Source: Paraspadella gotoi (Eukaryota; Animalia; Chaetognatha). Taken from it: 64,000 nt of DNA. A program made the position numbers and the translations under genes. The stretch is taken from positions 1,584,268 through 1,648,267 of the forward strand of contig CM119267.1 of assembly GCA_051294375.1 (NCBI GenBank). Direction: 5' to 3'. The notes beneath the pieces are model-generated. The model made no database searches, was not told where the DNA came from, and saw only the letters and a program-made list of their open reading frames with translations. Of the stretch, positions 15,111-62,800 are shown in pieces (position 1 is the first letter of the stretch; every line of letters starts with the position of its first letter).

Positions 15111-15724
15111 CTTTTTTTTCGTTAAAAAAAAAACAAAATAAAAAAAAAGATTAAATAATAAAAAAAAGTTAAAGAAATAGAAAGATTAAATAATAAAAAA
15201 GTTAAATAAATAAAAATATTATATAATAAAAAAGTTAAATAAATAAAAAAATAATTAAAGAAACTTGAATTTTAAGATTAAAGGATAAATCTAAGCGAAA
15301 GAAGGACGAACAAATTTTCGATGGAAATTAATTCTATGAATTTTAAATCAGAGACAATTGATAAATTTAGCGTCGGTTAAAACTTGAAAGAAGAAAATTT
15401 AAAAGTTTTGATTAATTGTTTTTTTTTTAATTCTTAGCTTATAAATTCAATCATACTTTTTTTAGATTTCGGTAAATGCTATGCTGCTTCATGATTAAGC
15501 AATTCCGTTACTTGGAACTTTAAAAGCAAAAGAAAATATGCCACATGAAAAAAAACAATTATCTTATTTGTTTCTATGAATTTCGTTGATAGGGATGAAC
15601 TCGACGGACTAAATCGAGACGACGACGACGACGACGACGATGTCGGCTCTTCGCTAATGATTCGCTATTTTTGTCTCCCTCCCTCCCACTTTTCGACTCC
15701 TCTCTCTCTTCTCTCTCTCTCTCT

Positions 15725-15779
<55 letters not shown>

Positions 15780-15805
15780 CTCTCTCATCTCTCCCTCTCT
15801 CACAG

Positions 15806-16001
15806 ACTGCGGCGGTGGATTGGCGGTTTGGTCGCCGGCATTTTGCGCCGCCGCTATCCTTCTACTGTTGATCTTTGTTTACTGTTATATGGCGATGTAA
15901 ACAAAGGGAGGAAGATTTAGATTCGGAAGCAGACGAAAAGGAGAAAGAGATGGAGATGATTACGAGTAGACAAGATGGCGGAATAACAATCGAAGTTCCA
16001 G
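15806..16001 (+). CDS. Probable transmembrane-domain exon of a single-pass membrane protein (frameshifted in this assembly)
   Basis: (CT)n-cacag acceptor and CCAG|gtttgg donor. Removing three single-base insertions gives TAAVIGGLVAGIFAAAILLLLILFTVIWRCKQREEDLDSE.... Confidence 0.45.
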
Positions 16002-16005
16002 GTTT

Positions 16006-16062
<57 letters not shown>

Positions 16063-16116
16063 GAGCGAGGAAGAAATGTTAAAAACAATTGAAAGTTTTA
16101 TGAGGAGAGAGAGAAC

Positions 16117-16190
<74 letters not shown>

Positions 16191-16413
16191 CAGAGCCGTT
16201 GTTTCCCGCAATGGGTAGAAATCCAAGACGACCCATATTGTGATGAGGCTTCGCAATTTCTTTTTCTACTTCTATCTCTGTTTCTCTCTCTCTTACTCTC
16301 TCTTAATGAGGTCCAAATGTGAGAAAGAGAAGTCGTCAGAAGTACACATTGCTTAAATAATAAAAATAAAAATAATTCAAGTTCTTCTGATTTCGAATTT
16401 CACTGTACATATA

Positions 16414-16542
16414 CAGGAGTGGGACCCTATATGGAGACAAAATTTAAAAAATCGTTATTCTAATTTATTTCATTATCGTATCTCAAATCGTTCAGCCAGG
16501 GCAGGACGTTAAATTTTGTCTCGATATAGGGTCCCGACCCCG
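16414..16542. mobile_element. Small TA-flanked MITE
   Basis: ta|CAGGAGTGGGACCCTATATGGAGACAAAATTT ... AAATTTTGTCTCGATATAGGGTCCCGACCCCG|ta. Confidence 0.65.
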
Positions 16543-16636
16543 TATTTGAATAATTTATAAAGACCGACAATATCTTATTCCTCCCACCCTTCCTCCCACA
16601 TCTTCTTCCCACATCTTCCTCCCACACTCCACACAG

Positions 16637-17446
16637 CTCGGCACCAACTCTCTCTACGAAGGAGTCTTCCCCGAAGACGAAATTAAGTGGCGCCTCCACG
16701 ACTACGACGCGCAATTCGGTCACCCGGCCAACGAGAAAGCGGCGCTAAACGGCGCCGTGGGTCTCAACGGTTCCACGCCGCGGGGCCGAGACGGCGTCGC
16801 GGGTCTAAACGGATCGGCGCCGCGAAATCGAGACGCCGTCGATGGTCGTCGTCCGGCGCCATCGATTCTTTACCGCGTGGAACCGTTGGGTCGCGATTCC
16901 ATCCACGACTTCCGAGAGACGACGCCCACCGGCGCCGTAACTACGCCGTTTCAAGAGTCTAGCGGCGTCAAATGTCGCCGACCGACGCCGCCTCCGCCTC
17001 CGCCTCCGAATTCGGGCGCGCCGGCGTCGATTAATCACACTCGTCCGGCGCCGAAGATTCCATCGTCTCTTTCGGCGTTCGTCGAATCGGCGTCGAACGC
17101 CACTCAACCTCCTCGTCCACTCCCTCTCTCTCTTCGCCCTTCGGTGTCTCCCTCTCTCTGTGATACTCCACCCAGCGCGCCATCTTCTCCTCATTCGTCT
17201 CCGGTGGGCGTCGCCGTCATCGTCGAAGGATCGGACGTCGAACTTGTTCCTTCGGCGTCGCCAGGGCCGCAGCAGCAGCAGCAGCAGCCAAGACAGCTAC
17301 AGCCTCGACAGCAGCAGCCGCATTTAAAGCAGCAGCAGCAAAGGTCTTCGCAGCAGCAACAGCAGCCGCATCACGGCGCCAAGTCCAAGTTCAGTCGAAG
17401 CCACAGTTACACCAAGTCGATGGGCCGCGCCGACGTGGCGTTGTGA
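16637..17446 (+). CDS. Large terminal exon of a Pro/Ser/Gln-rich protein, probably the cytoplasmic tail of the TM gene; may extend to 17796
   Basis: Pyrimidine tract and cacag| acceptor. Open frame LGTNSLYEGVFPEDEIKWRLHDYDAQFGHP... continues into ORF 16757-17446. High GC. Confidence 0.6.
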   Translation, partial: LGTNSLYEGVFPEDEIKWRLHDYDAQFGHPANEKAALNGAVGLNGSTPRGRDGVAGLNGSAPRNRDAVDGRRPAPSILYRVEPLGRDSIHDFRETTPTGAVTTPFQESSGVKCRRPTPPPPPPPNSGAPASINHTRPAPKIPSSLSAFVESASNATQPPRPLPLSLRPSVSPSLCDTPPSAPSSPHSSPVGVAVIVEGSDVELVPSASPGPQQQQQQPRQLQPRQQQPHLKQQQQRSSQQQQQPHHGAKSKFSRSHSYTKSMGRADVAL

Positions 17447-19127
17447 CCGTGGCTTCGCCGGTCGCGGATGCCGCCACCGCAGCCGGAGGAGCGGCTGCAG
17501 CTGGGGGACCGGCTGCAGTTGGGGGAACAGCCGCAGCCAGAGAAGCCGCTGCAGTGGCGGGAGCGGGAGCAACGAGCAAAGGATCTGGAGATACAATCGC
17601 AACGACGACGACTCGATCTGCAGCAAATGAAGCATCTCAAGCAACTCAAGCATCCAATCTCTTTGTGGCAAAACTTTCGACGGCGGCAACTGCAACAGGA
17701 GCGGCTCCGTCTGATGGAGAGGAGGCTGCGGCGCAAACAGCAGCCGTCACAACAGCGCTGCGATTTCGTAGAGAATATGAGCGACGGAGATCATAAGCTG
17801 CTTTTGACTCTTCGATGGGGAAACGTTGACGACGACGACGAAGACGACGATGACAGTGACGACGACGACGACGAAGACGATGAAAACCTCGCTAATGTTT
17901 AAATTACGAAGTTATATTGAACAATTTACCTAGTGTATTTTCATTGCCGTCGGCCCGAGTCAGTATTACTGAATAAATTGGATTATTGAATTCTCAATTT
18001 AAATACTTAGACCTAGTAGCGGTTCATACTCGTTTCTTATTATTATTACTATTCCGTTGAAATAGACGTTATAATTGGTGCCATAATTCACTTTTCTCTT
18101 TTTTTTTTCTTTGTTTACAATTTCTCGGTCGAATTTTTCGTGGAAATGACGTTTCGATGAGCAGTTAATTAAACTAATTAAAGAAAGCTAGTTTAGTTTG
18201 TAACAGGTAAATTTAGATTTCAAAAAGAAGACAACAATTTTATCCTTTTAAAAATCAAAACTTTTTGGTAAAATTTGTTCATTCTAAACCTTTTAATAAG
18301 ATAAAGAAACGCCAGAGGACGCTACCTCTCGCTTCTTAAATTAAATGTGAACAAAAGACAAAATGGTCGGGGAAATAGAGAATTTTGATTAGAAAATAGT
18401 AAATAAACGATTTCTATTTCTATTTTTCTATTTTTAAGTTTTATCCTTTATAAGTGAAAAATGTGATCCGTGTCAATGACAAAATAAAATTAATTTTAAA
18501 AATCGTTATCGACATTTTTTCTGAGCTGCGAAACAATGTCTGATGTTGAAACAACCCAAGTATAACACGAAAAAAACATTGTACGAATTTGTTTAAAAAA
18601 ATTTGTTGAACAGTACGTAACATATTTTTAATTAATTTTATTGTTTTTCTCTCGAAATTTCGACTCCACCCACAAAGGAGGATCTCATTTCTCCTCTTCC
18701 TCTTTTTCTCCTTCCCCTCCTCCCTCTCTCTCTCCCTCCCTTTCTCCTTTCCTCCCTCTCTCCATCCTTTCCTCTTTCCTCCTCTCTCCTTCCCTTTCTC
18801 CTTTCTTCCCTCTCTCTCTCCCTCCCTTTCCTTTCCTCCCTCTCTCCCTCCCTTTCTCCTTTCCTCCCTCTCTCCCTCTCTCCCTACCCTTACCTAAACG
18901 AGAAACTGTGTCTCCACCAACGCGGATTGCAAACTCATCACAACTGAAACGACATCAAGAATGAAAGGACAAAAGGAGAAATAAAGAGACGGACGGATGG
19001 ACGGATGGAGAGAAGGAGAGATAGACGGATGGACTGATGGACAGATAAAATTACGTGAGATGGATTTATGGAAAAAGGAGTGAGATAAACGGAGTGACAG
19101 ATAAAAGAGGAGTAAAAAACTATACGT

Positions 19128-19182
<55 letters not shown>

Positions 19183-19409
19183 AGCCACTCCCAGTTTTCA
19201 GAGAGGATTATCAGAAATGACGACGATGACTACGACGAAGACGACGACACTCGAAACTACAACAACAACAACGAGTTTCAACTTGATCCAGTTTTCACGC
19301 GAATTTTTACGTTTTTTCCCGTCGTTTTCATCGTCGTCGTCGTCGTTTTCGTTGTCGTCGTCGTCGTCTTCATCTTCTTTAGTTTCACTTTCGTTTTTTT
19401 CTTCTCAGT

Positions 19410-20580
19410 TTTTAGTCTTATCAGCAGATTCCGACTCTATAATTTCCTTTGTCGGTCCGTCGGTCCTACCCCAAAATATTGTCGGTAAATCATTATTTTC
19501 ATATCAGAACCTCAAATTATGATAAATTATGCAAAAAAAATTATATCCATCCGTCCATCCGTCCATCTGTCCGTCCCCCTTAGCAAAAAACTCCAATTAC
19601 TCGTGATTGGATGGATGGATTGGTATAAAATTTTGTATATGGGTAGGAAACTGTGTGATTGAGATGGATATGAAGTTGCGATGGAATCGTGCTAGTGGAA
19701 AATGGTTTAAATAGAAAAAAGGAAAAAAAATATATTTCACTATTTGAACGCCAATTGCTCATGAGTGGATAGGGCAATTAACTTGAAATTTTGTATGATG
19801 GTAGGAAAGTGTGTGATTGAGCTGGATATAAAGTTTCGATAGAATCATGCGAGTGGAAATGATTTAAAATGAAAAAAACAAAATTCATATTTACTTAAAG
19901 TATTTTTACTTAAATTTACTCATAATTATTATGTTTATTAAAAATTGGATAGATAAATTGAAATGGAATTTTGTGTATGGGTAGGAAAGTATGTTTTAAA
20001 GCTGGATATAAATTTTTTTGGAATTTTTAAAGTTTCTCTCTCTATATCTCTCTCTGATTGATTGATTGCTTGATTGATTGACCAAATTATGCCAATTAAC
20101 AAAAATATGCCAGTTGACCAAATTCTGCAAGTTGATCAAATTATGCCTGTTGACCAAATTATGGCAGTTGACCAAATTATGCCATTTGACCAAATTATGC
20201 CAGTTGATAAAATAATGCCAGTTGATAAAATAATGCCAGTTGTTAAAATTATGCCAGTTGACCTAATTATGCCGGTTGATCAAATTATGTTAATTGACCA
20301 AATTATGTCAGTTGACCAAATTATATCAGTTGAACAAATTATGTCAGTTGAACAAATTAAGTCAGTTAACCAAATTATATCAGTTAAACAAAATAAGTCA
20401 GTTGACCAAATTATGTCAGTTGACCAAATTATGTCAGTTGACCAAATTATGTCAGTTAACCAAATTATGTCAGTTAACCAAATTATGCAAGTTGATTAAA
20501 TTATGCAAGTTGACCAAGTTAGCTTATTACCACTTAATTATCGTAGGCAGATCCGACATTGTTTGCTCAAACTTGTTTTT
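19410..20580 (+). mobile_element. Near-complete HINE/DINE-like element carrying an 18-bp minisatellite
   Basis: Same 5' core as 1193. 3' sub-terminal inverted repeat GCAGATCCGAC (~20547), then hairpin GTTTG-ct-CAAAC and a T-run. Confidence 0.6.
20075..20520. repeat. 18-bp minisatellite GACCAAATTATG(C/T)CAGTT, ~24 copies
   Basis: Directly visible. Produces the DQIMPV/DQIMSV ORF. Confidence 0.9.
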
Positions 20581-20779
20581 ATCCCAAGAGATGAAGAGGA
20601 AGAGGAGGAGGAGGAGGAAGAAGAGGAGCAGCAAGGGGTCAAGAGCATTAGGTAAGCGGAGAGGGTGAGGATAGGCGGCATTAACGCATTTCTGTTCCAG
20701 TCTAATGTATCGTGCGGAATTTATATCAGTCACCCTGTGGGGGATAAAATCCAGAGGGGTCCTCTTCGAAGACGACGAA

Positions 20780-20827
<48 letters not shown>

Positions 20828-21779
20828 GAGTCACAAAAAAAATTCCAAGTCAGATCGTTAAGATTTTCTTTGATCGAATAATATTTTATCCGTAATTCAT
20901 CAATAATATTATTGTTAGAATGTAGTGAACCGAGACTACAATATAACTATTAAACTGTATTTAATTGAACAACTGGATTATGAAAAGAGTTTCTTCCCAT
21001 TAAACTTAGGTAATTTCTTATGTAAACACGTTTTATAATATAATAATCAGAGAAAAAGAGAGAGAATGATTTCTTTTAGGCAAAAAAAAAAAGAATAAAA
21101 AACTTTTTTTTAAATAATTTTTCAATTTTCATCTTAGAAATCTATTTTAATCGTTTAACAAATTTTGCATTAGAGCAGAAAATTTAAAGTTAGATTTAGA
21201 TTTAGATTTAGAAAATACTGCACTTGATCCCAAATTCGACGTTTTTTTAATCATAAAATTATTTTTTTTTTACAAATTAATGTTCACTGATAGTATGTTG
21301 TTCATATTTGACTTTTATAATTTTTGTACGTAACTTACGCTACGCTACAAAATGGAGTCTACTAAGCGAGATCAAACACTTTTAATTTTCTGGCAAGGTC
21401 TATTCTTAAACTATTTTGGTCAATATGTAAGGAACTTATATACATATTGGTTGCACCCATTTCATACAATGTAAAATATAATCTGACATTTTGACTCAAA
21501 AGTTATATGAAATGGGTGCAATCAATATGCATAAAAGATCCTTAAAAAATTCTTTACTTATTAGTAATTATTAATAGTATTACCAAACCTTTCTCTTTCA
21601 AACTTTTCTTTCACAACCGGTTTTTTTTTTTAAAACTTGCCAAGTTAAAAAATTCTCATTTAATCCTACGCTGCGCTTTTATTTTTATCACCACCAGGTT
21701 TTTTTTTATTCGTTTTTATCTCTACACAGTTTTTACAATTGGATTCCCGTATTTCCTCGTGTCTAGAATCGAAGAGAGA

Positions 21780-21825
<46 letters not shown>

Positions 21826-21946
21826 GAGAGAGAAGAGAGAGAGAGATTTCTTATCGAATTGAGGCCAGGGCATCGATATCAGGCGGTCGGGCAATGATCC
21901 AATCCAATCGAGATCCACGACAGAAATAAAAAGAAACATTATAATA

Positions 21947-22019
<73 letters not shown>

Positions 22020-22102
22020 TGTCTCTGCTCTCTTTCTTTCACTCTCTTTCCAATCGGGAATCGGGTTTGCGTGCCGGCCCGCACAGCTCAGCTCCCTCTC
22101 TT

Positions 22103-22142
<40 letters not shown>

Positions 22143-23055
22143 CTTCTGCTCTCTTCTCTCTTCTCTCCTCTCTTCTCTCTCTCTCTCTCTCTCTCTTCTC
22201 TCCTCTCTCTCTTCTCTCTTCTCTCTCTCTCCCATCTCTCTGCGATCCTGCTCTCTCTCTCTCCGATAAGACGAAATTGTTTCTCGTCCCTGGAACTGAA
22301 TTTTGCTTCGACACCAAATTTTGTCAAACGAGTTTTTATTTTAGCTCCAAAAAAATCTTAAAGTTAATTTGTTCGAAAAGTTATCCTTGTTTGTTTGTTT
22401 TTCTATCGAAGGTATAAGTTTGTTATTTTTTATTTCAACAGTTTGGACGTCATCCATTTATTATAATAGATTTAATCTTGATTTTTAAATATTTTAAAGT
22501 TTTTTAAATTTTTTTTTTAAAGATTAATTATTAAGATTTTTAGATATTAAAGTCAACAACTTCTTGATTATTATAATAATAATAATTTAAGAAAACCCTT
22601 TTTATATTTTTCTTCGTAAATCAAATAAGTTTTATCTTCCAGTTTTCGTTTGTACGTACTACGTAGTATTTTTCTCCTATTCGTTCTTTAAGTAAATTGA
22701 CATAGCTTATAAAAAATTTCTCAACAAATGAGGCATCCGTGACTGGAATTACGTCATCAATTTTTGCTTAATTTAAATTACTTTTTAGTTTTTAATTTTT
22801 TCCCCCGAATTTTCAAGCGTCCAGTTTTTTTCGCGAAACCAAAAATGCGAAGTGGATTCAGTCAAAAATATTTGCCAAATATTTATTTCTTTTTCTTTTA
22901 TTTTTTTCTTTTTCTTTTTCTTATTCTTTTTCCTCTTTCTGTTTCCTTTTCTATTTTTTATTCATTCGTGAATTTTCGCGATGTTCGGAAATGAGTCAGG
23001 GATTTTTGTTCAAAAAAAGCTATGACCTTCTCTCACAGAGACGCGAGAACACACC

Positions 23056-23168
<113 letters not shown>

Positions 23169-24566
23169 TTATTCACATTTTTTACTCGATTCGCCTTCAA
23201 ATCGAAAACAAAACAAATTCATTCCTTGGATTATCGAAAAAGAAAACAAACAAAACGAAAAGAAAACAACAACAACAACATTAAAAGAACGAATTTGCTT
23301 TTTGGTTTTATTTCTTTTTAATATGTTTAATACGTTTACTATGTTTTTCTTTTTAGGGTGAAGCGACCTCAATTTCTACCTCTTGTTTTCTCAAAGAAAA
23401 AAAAATTCTTAGATTCTTTCTTATATTTTCCTTTTCTCTTCTTTTTTATTTTTTTTTCTTAGGTTTTTCTAGACTAATTATTTTTTCCATTTAACATTTA
23501 TTGCGTTTCCTTTCTTCCCAATTCTTTAAGCTCTACTTTTTTACATTTTCTTATTTCTTTAAAAAGTTTAAAAAGATCAATTTCGTTTATTTTTTACGTT
23601 TCAATTTTAATTAATTCTATTTTGACAACATTTTTTCCCCTGCATTTTATACATTTTTTTTATAATTTAATTCATCAACTAATATAATTTTTCGTTTAAA
23701 AATAAAACCCGTGCTATGATTAGAAAATAAACAGCAGAATCATTTAAATTAAATAAGAGAAAAAAGTTAATTCCCTTAGTTAACGAAATTGAAACTTTAT
23801 ATTTTTTTTCTCTTTTTAAACTGAAAAAGAATAAAAAGCAGAAAAAGAGGAACCGATAATCCACTTACTGACCATCTTTACTTAATCCGGAAAATAACAC
23901 AGTAGAGTCCGTATTTAACGTAAAGTTAAATTTTTCTCTTCTGTTTAAAATACAGTGCGGTTCGTTATTTAAGTCTAAATCAATTTTAAATAAACTTTTC
24001 TTAAATCGAGTCTCTCAAAAACATTTTCTGTAAACCTAAACCTAAACCTAAACATACCCAACCATTTTTTTCTAAATTGAACCTCGTTAAACCGAATTTC
24101 GTAAAATCAGAACTCGTTAAAACGAACCTCGTAAAATCGAGTCTCCTTAAAACCAGAACTCGAATTTTTTTTCTCCGAAAATTGAAACCAGAAGCGAAAA
24201 AAAAATCACGAAGGAAAAACTGATTCTCGGAAAATAATCGAATTTTTTTTATTTCTTTAGGGGCTCAACCCTTTTTTTCGTCTTGAAGAAGTTTGGGCCA
24301 AAGATTGGGCCTCGGAGATTGAGACTTTTTGGGCCAAAGAATTGGGCTTTTTTGGACAAGAACCCCCAAAAATCTAATCGAACGAAGTGAGAAATATTTT
24401 GAAAAACGAAACCAAGAAAGTTTGAAAAAAACAAACAAAACAAAACCAAAAGAAAACGAAAAAACAAAACGAGGAAAGCAGCTTGTAGATCTTGTCAAAT
24501 ATAACGACACTATCTAAAACATCATCTTCAACAGCACAACAACAACAGCACGACATCAACGCCACC

Positions 24567-58579
<34,013 letters not shown>

Positions 58580-59521
58580 TGCCTTCCTTTCTGCTTGAAG
58601 TTTGATCGTCGTTCTTTTTCGAAATTCTGGCTTCGATTTCAGTGAAGATTGATTGGTCCAGATTGATTGGTCGAGCTTGGTCGAGCTTGCTTGATCCAAT
58701 TTGATTGATTGGCTCTCGTTTGAATGATCGATAATAGCAATGCTCGCCCGTGCTTGTATTTGTTGGCATTGGATCAATCAATCAGCTTGATTTCAATAAG
58801 TTTTCTTCCACCGAGGTGGCGGATTTTAATGAAAACTAAATATATGATTTAAAAAAGAAAAAAATAAACGAAACAATCAGACGAAAAAGAAAAAAATATT
58901 GTTTTTTTTTCTCTTCGGTTGTAAGGCAGGAAATAAATTCCATTAAGTTTATGTTCATACGATAATTTTATATCAGATGACGTGCTTACGGTTTGCCAGT
59001 CAATCATTCCAGATTCGTTCAGGCAGCTACAATATTGATTTTCACTTTAAATCAAAAAAATGATTATGACATTGATAATAATTATTGATTATACTAATCA
59101 TGATGACGTTACAAACAACGAAAACAACTAATTGTGCTTTTTTGGTTCCATGTTTTTTTAATCCCGCCTCCACTGTCTTTTGTTTTTTAAATGTTCTTAC
59201 TGTACTAAGTCAACTTCCATCGAAAGCGTCCTGTGGTTTTACAGTAAACTTTTGATTTGAACGTTAAAGAAAATTATTATGTTCAGTGTTAATAAAAATG
59301 ATGTTATGTTTCACGTAATTGTTAATTGCGGTAGCTTTGAATCGAAATCTTACTGTATCTTACTGTATCTAACTGTATTTTCAAGGGAAATGAATCAGCG
59401 AATTAGATTTGTGTATCATCGGTGATTGGATTTTGTTTCGAATACAAATTATAATAATTATAATTATAATAAACTTTCCGCGCGATTCGATTCAAATTTT
59501 TTGTTTAAAAACGTCGAGTTA

Positions 59522-59608
<87 letters not shown>

Positions 59609-59825
59609 AATACATAGAAACATAGAAACGCTTCATTAAATTAAGAAAAAAATTTAAGTAATTCATATCATATATGCAATTAAAAGTTTAAAGAGACGAA
59701 TTGGTTTATTGTCAACAACAATTTTTTATTATAGAGACAAACATGTTTCGGCGCATGATTCCAGCCTTCATCAGCGTCAAAGTTTTTGAGAATCACTCAC
59801 AAATTTTCTACAAAAGAAAAAAAAA

Positions 59826-62800
59826 GGAGAGCAGGACTCCTCACATCCCGACGTTCTCCTGAGGAAGTGCAGAGGGAGCAAATCGCAACCGCGTGATGAG
59901 AGCAATGATCAATCATCAAACGATTATACTGCAGTCTCTATCATTCCAACAGCATCCATTCGATTGCGAGAGAAGTGATTCCATCTTACATACGTAAACT
60001 CATATCAACACAGCTCGGTAGCGCAAAGCATTAGATAACTCAAGTCATTGAAATCATTCAGATGATTTAACAATCAATCAAATCAATAAATTAATATTTC
60101 ATAAAACATTGACTCGAATCAAATCGATCCAAACCATCAACCAAATATCCCAAGACTTTCCTCTCAGCATCATCTCCGCCTCCCCACTCAAATCCGCTTT
60201 GACTGAAGGGAGGAATCCGCTCAGTCGCGCCCGACGCTCTCCACAAATCGACGCACCACGGCGCCGCTCTCCCGGCATGCCGCCCGCCGCCGAGAACCTC
60301 CAAGAACGGAATGGCGATGCTGTCAGACGACTGCGGGATTGAGGGCAGTAAAGAAACCGCACCTCAGCGAGGTGAGAAGCGGCATGACAGTGCCGGCGGC
60401 CGGAGGGCGTTGTAAGTAAGGATCATGATGACAACCAGGATGTCGGCCCGGAGAACTTTAGATATGTCCGTTGAGGTGAGAGAGAGAAAGAGAGAAGAGA
60501 GAGAGAGAAAAGAGAGAGAATGAAGAGAGAGAGAGAGAGAAGGAGAGAGAGAGAAGAGAGAGATGAGTGAGAGAGGGAGTGAGAGAGAGAGAGTGAAGAA
60601 AGAGTGAATTATCCTCTGTATTGAGGGAAAAGAATCCGCACAACCCAGGATGTGGCCGAGAAACGTTTAGAATGTCGTTGAGGTGAGAGAGAAGAATAGA
60701 GGAGAGAGAGAGTGAGAGAGAGTGAGAGATGAGAGAGAGTGAAATTACCATCCTGGTACATTCCACAGGACAGTAGAAGGGGCCAAAAGTGCTCCCAACC
60801 CTGGGGGGGCGGACGATGGAAGAAGTCATGCACGCGACGACCCATTCCTTTGAAGGCTCAGTTTGATGAGCAGGCGCCGGTGACCTGGCGGCGGCCTTGG
60901 GCCGGACTTTGATGAGAACTCAATCAAGGAAACCGGCGCTGTTTAACTGAGGTTGGAAGAAATGAAGAGAGAGAGAGGGACGGGGTTCACACGATGGAGA
61001 CAAAGGTTGGTCCAGGGAAGACTGATGCAGGCGCTTTTATTGGTCACTTTTTCTCCGTTGAGTACATGTTAAGACTGCACTGAAGATAGATACTACGGAT
61101 AATTACATGGCTGTCTCTCCCTCTCTCCTCTCTCTCTCCTCTCTCTTCTCTCTCTCGTCTCTCTCTCACTCAGAATGCAGTCCGTCCCCTTCTACGACGC
61201 AACCAGCTGGGAAACAGATCGTCCAGCGGTTCAGCCGTTGATCGCCGCGATTCTTCTACACTCGGGACCGACCGAAAGGAGGAAGATCGTTTTCTCCTGC
61301 AATCGCTGTCAGACAGGCCACCGTTGCAGACCTTCTGTCCGAGTACATGGAACAGCGGCTCAGAGTCAACACGGTTTCGAAGTGCGTGGGCGGAGGGGAA
61401 GGAAGCCAGCGCCAGCGAACCGAAGACAGAACGAGAGGAAATAAAAAATACGGAGAACGTAATCAATGAAAATAGAAAAAGTAAAAGGCAAATAACGAAA
61501 GAAGAAGATAGTTAAAAGTTTCAAAAGTGGAAAAAAAAGGTTTTAAAAACTGATTTCGCGGTTTCCGAGAATCGATTCTTTTGAACATAATCTAAATCCT
61601 ACATAAAATAAACATTGATTAAATTCAACTCAATCGTGGGCCGTCGAAAAGAAATACAAAGAGAAAATGAATGACAGCTTAACTTGCTTTGAATTAATCG
61701 AGAATTTGGCAAATTATGAGAGAGAGAGAGAGAGATGAGACGAGAGAGCAGTATGGAAGAGAGAAGGAGAGAGAGAGAAAGCACGAGAGAGAAGAGCAGA
61801 GATAGAGAGCAAGAGAGAAGAGAGAGGAGAGGAGAGAGAAGAGAAGAGAGAGAGAGAGAGAGAGAGGAGAGAGCAGGGGAATGTAAGACGAGGAGAGAGA
61901 AGAAGGAGAAGAGAGAGGAGGAGGCTGAGCGAGAGAGACCGAGTCTTCAAATCTCCCTTCCTCCTTCTCTCTCAAGACATCGCGCCCGAGCGGCGGCACA
62001 CAGTCCGCACGAAACAAGACCGCAAGATCTCCCTGACAGCAACAATTCGAAAAGGCCCGTCGCCCGATCACGTCTCGGACGTTTTCGTCCGATCCCCACG
62101 TACCCTATTGGAGGGCGGCTGGTCGCGCTCGGCGCTGAGGGGCGGACGTTCCCAGCGGTTGCAGAGAGACGCTGAGCCTTCGGAGTCCACGGCCGCAGAG
62201 GATCATCCACGGTGGGTTTGCGGCTTGCAGGGATTTAACTTGGTGGATTTAAATTTTTTAAAACTTTTTTACAAATTTTTGCCTCGGCCAAACAGGTGGC
62301 GCGCTTGTGCAATCCGACTTAGACAGATGCAGGAAGACGGGACGGAAGGTTGGCGCGAGCAATTGGGGCGCAGCTTCAGGCGCTTTATCGCAGGTGATTT
62401 GGGAGGTGGCCTCTGTGAAAATTGGATTAAAACTTTATTTGGAAATGGTTGGAAAATTAAAAAAAAAAAGAATGAATTGTTTGGGAAAGACGATAAAAAA
62501 AAAAGACAGAAAATTATAGTAAAAAAAATGAGCTTCAAAAAAAAGACAATGAAATTTATAAAAAAATCATTTTTAAATTCCATTTTCTATTTTAGCGTTG
62601 AATAAACCAAAGATGTTGTTTAAAGTCGGAGGAATCCAAAAGCTTATTTCAATAAGAACTAAAATCGGAATTTAAGATTTTGGTAGTACCTAATTTCGAT
62701 AGGCATTAACAAAGATTACAAGAGTTGCTAATTCTTGCACCAACTCGTTAAATTCCTGACTTTCATCTCGCAATCCTTCCAACTTCTCCAGCAGGTGATC

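Noticed and set aside
20074-20499. 141-aa DQIMPV repeat protein
   Set aside because: Frame kept open by an 18-bp minisatellite inside a dispersed element.
24031-24053. Telomere-like (TAAACC)n
   Set aside because: Only about four units, internal, in a microsatellite-rich background.
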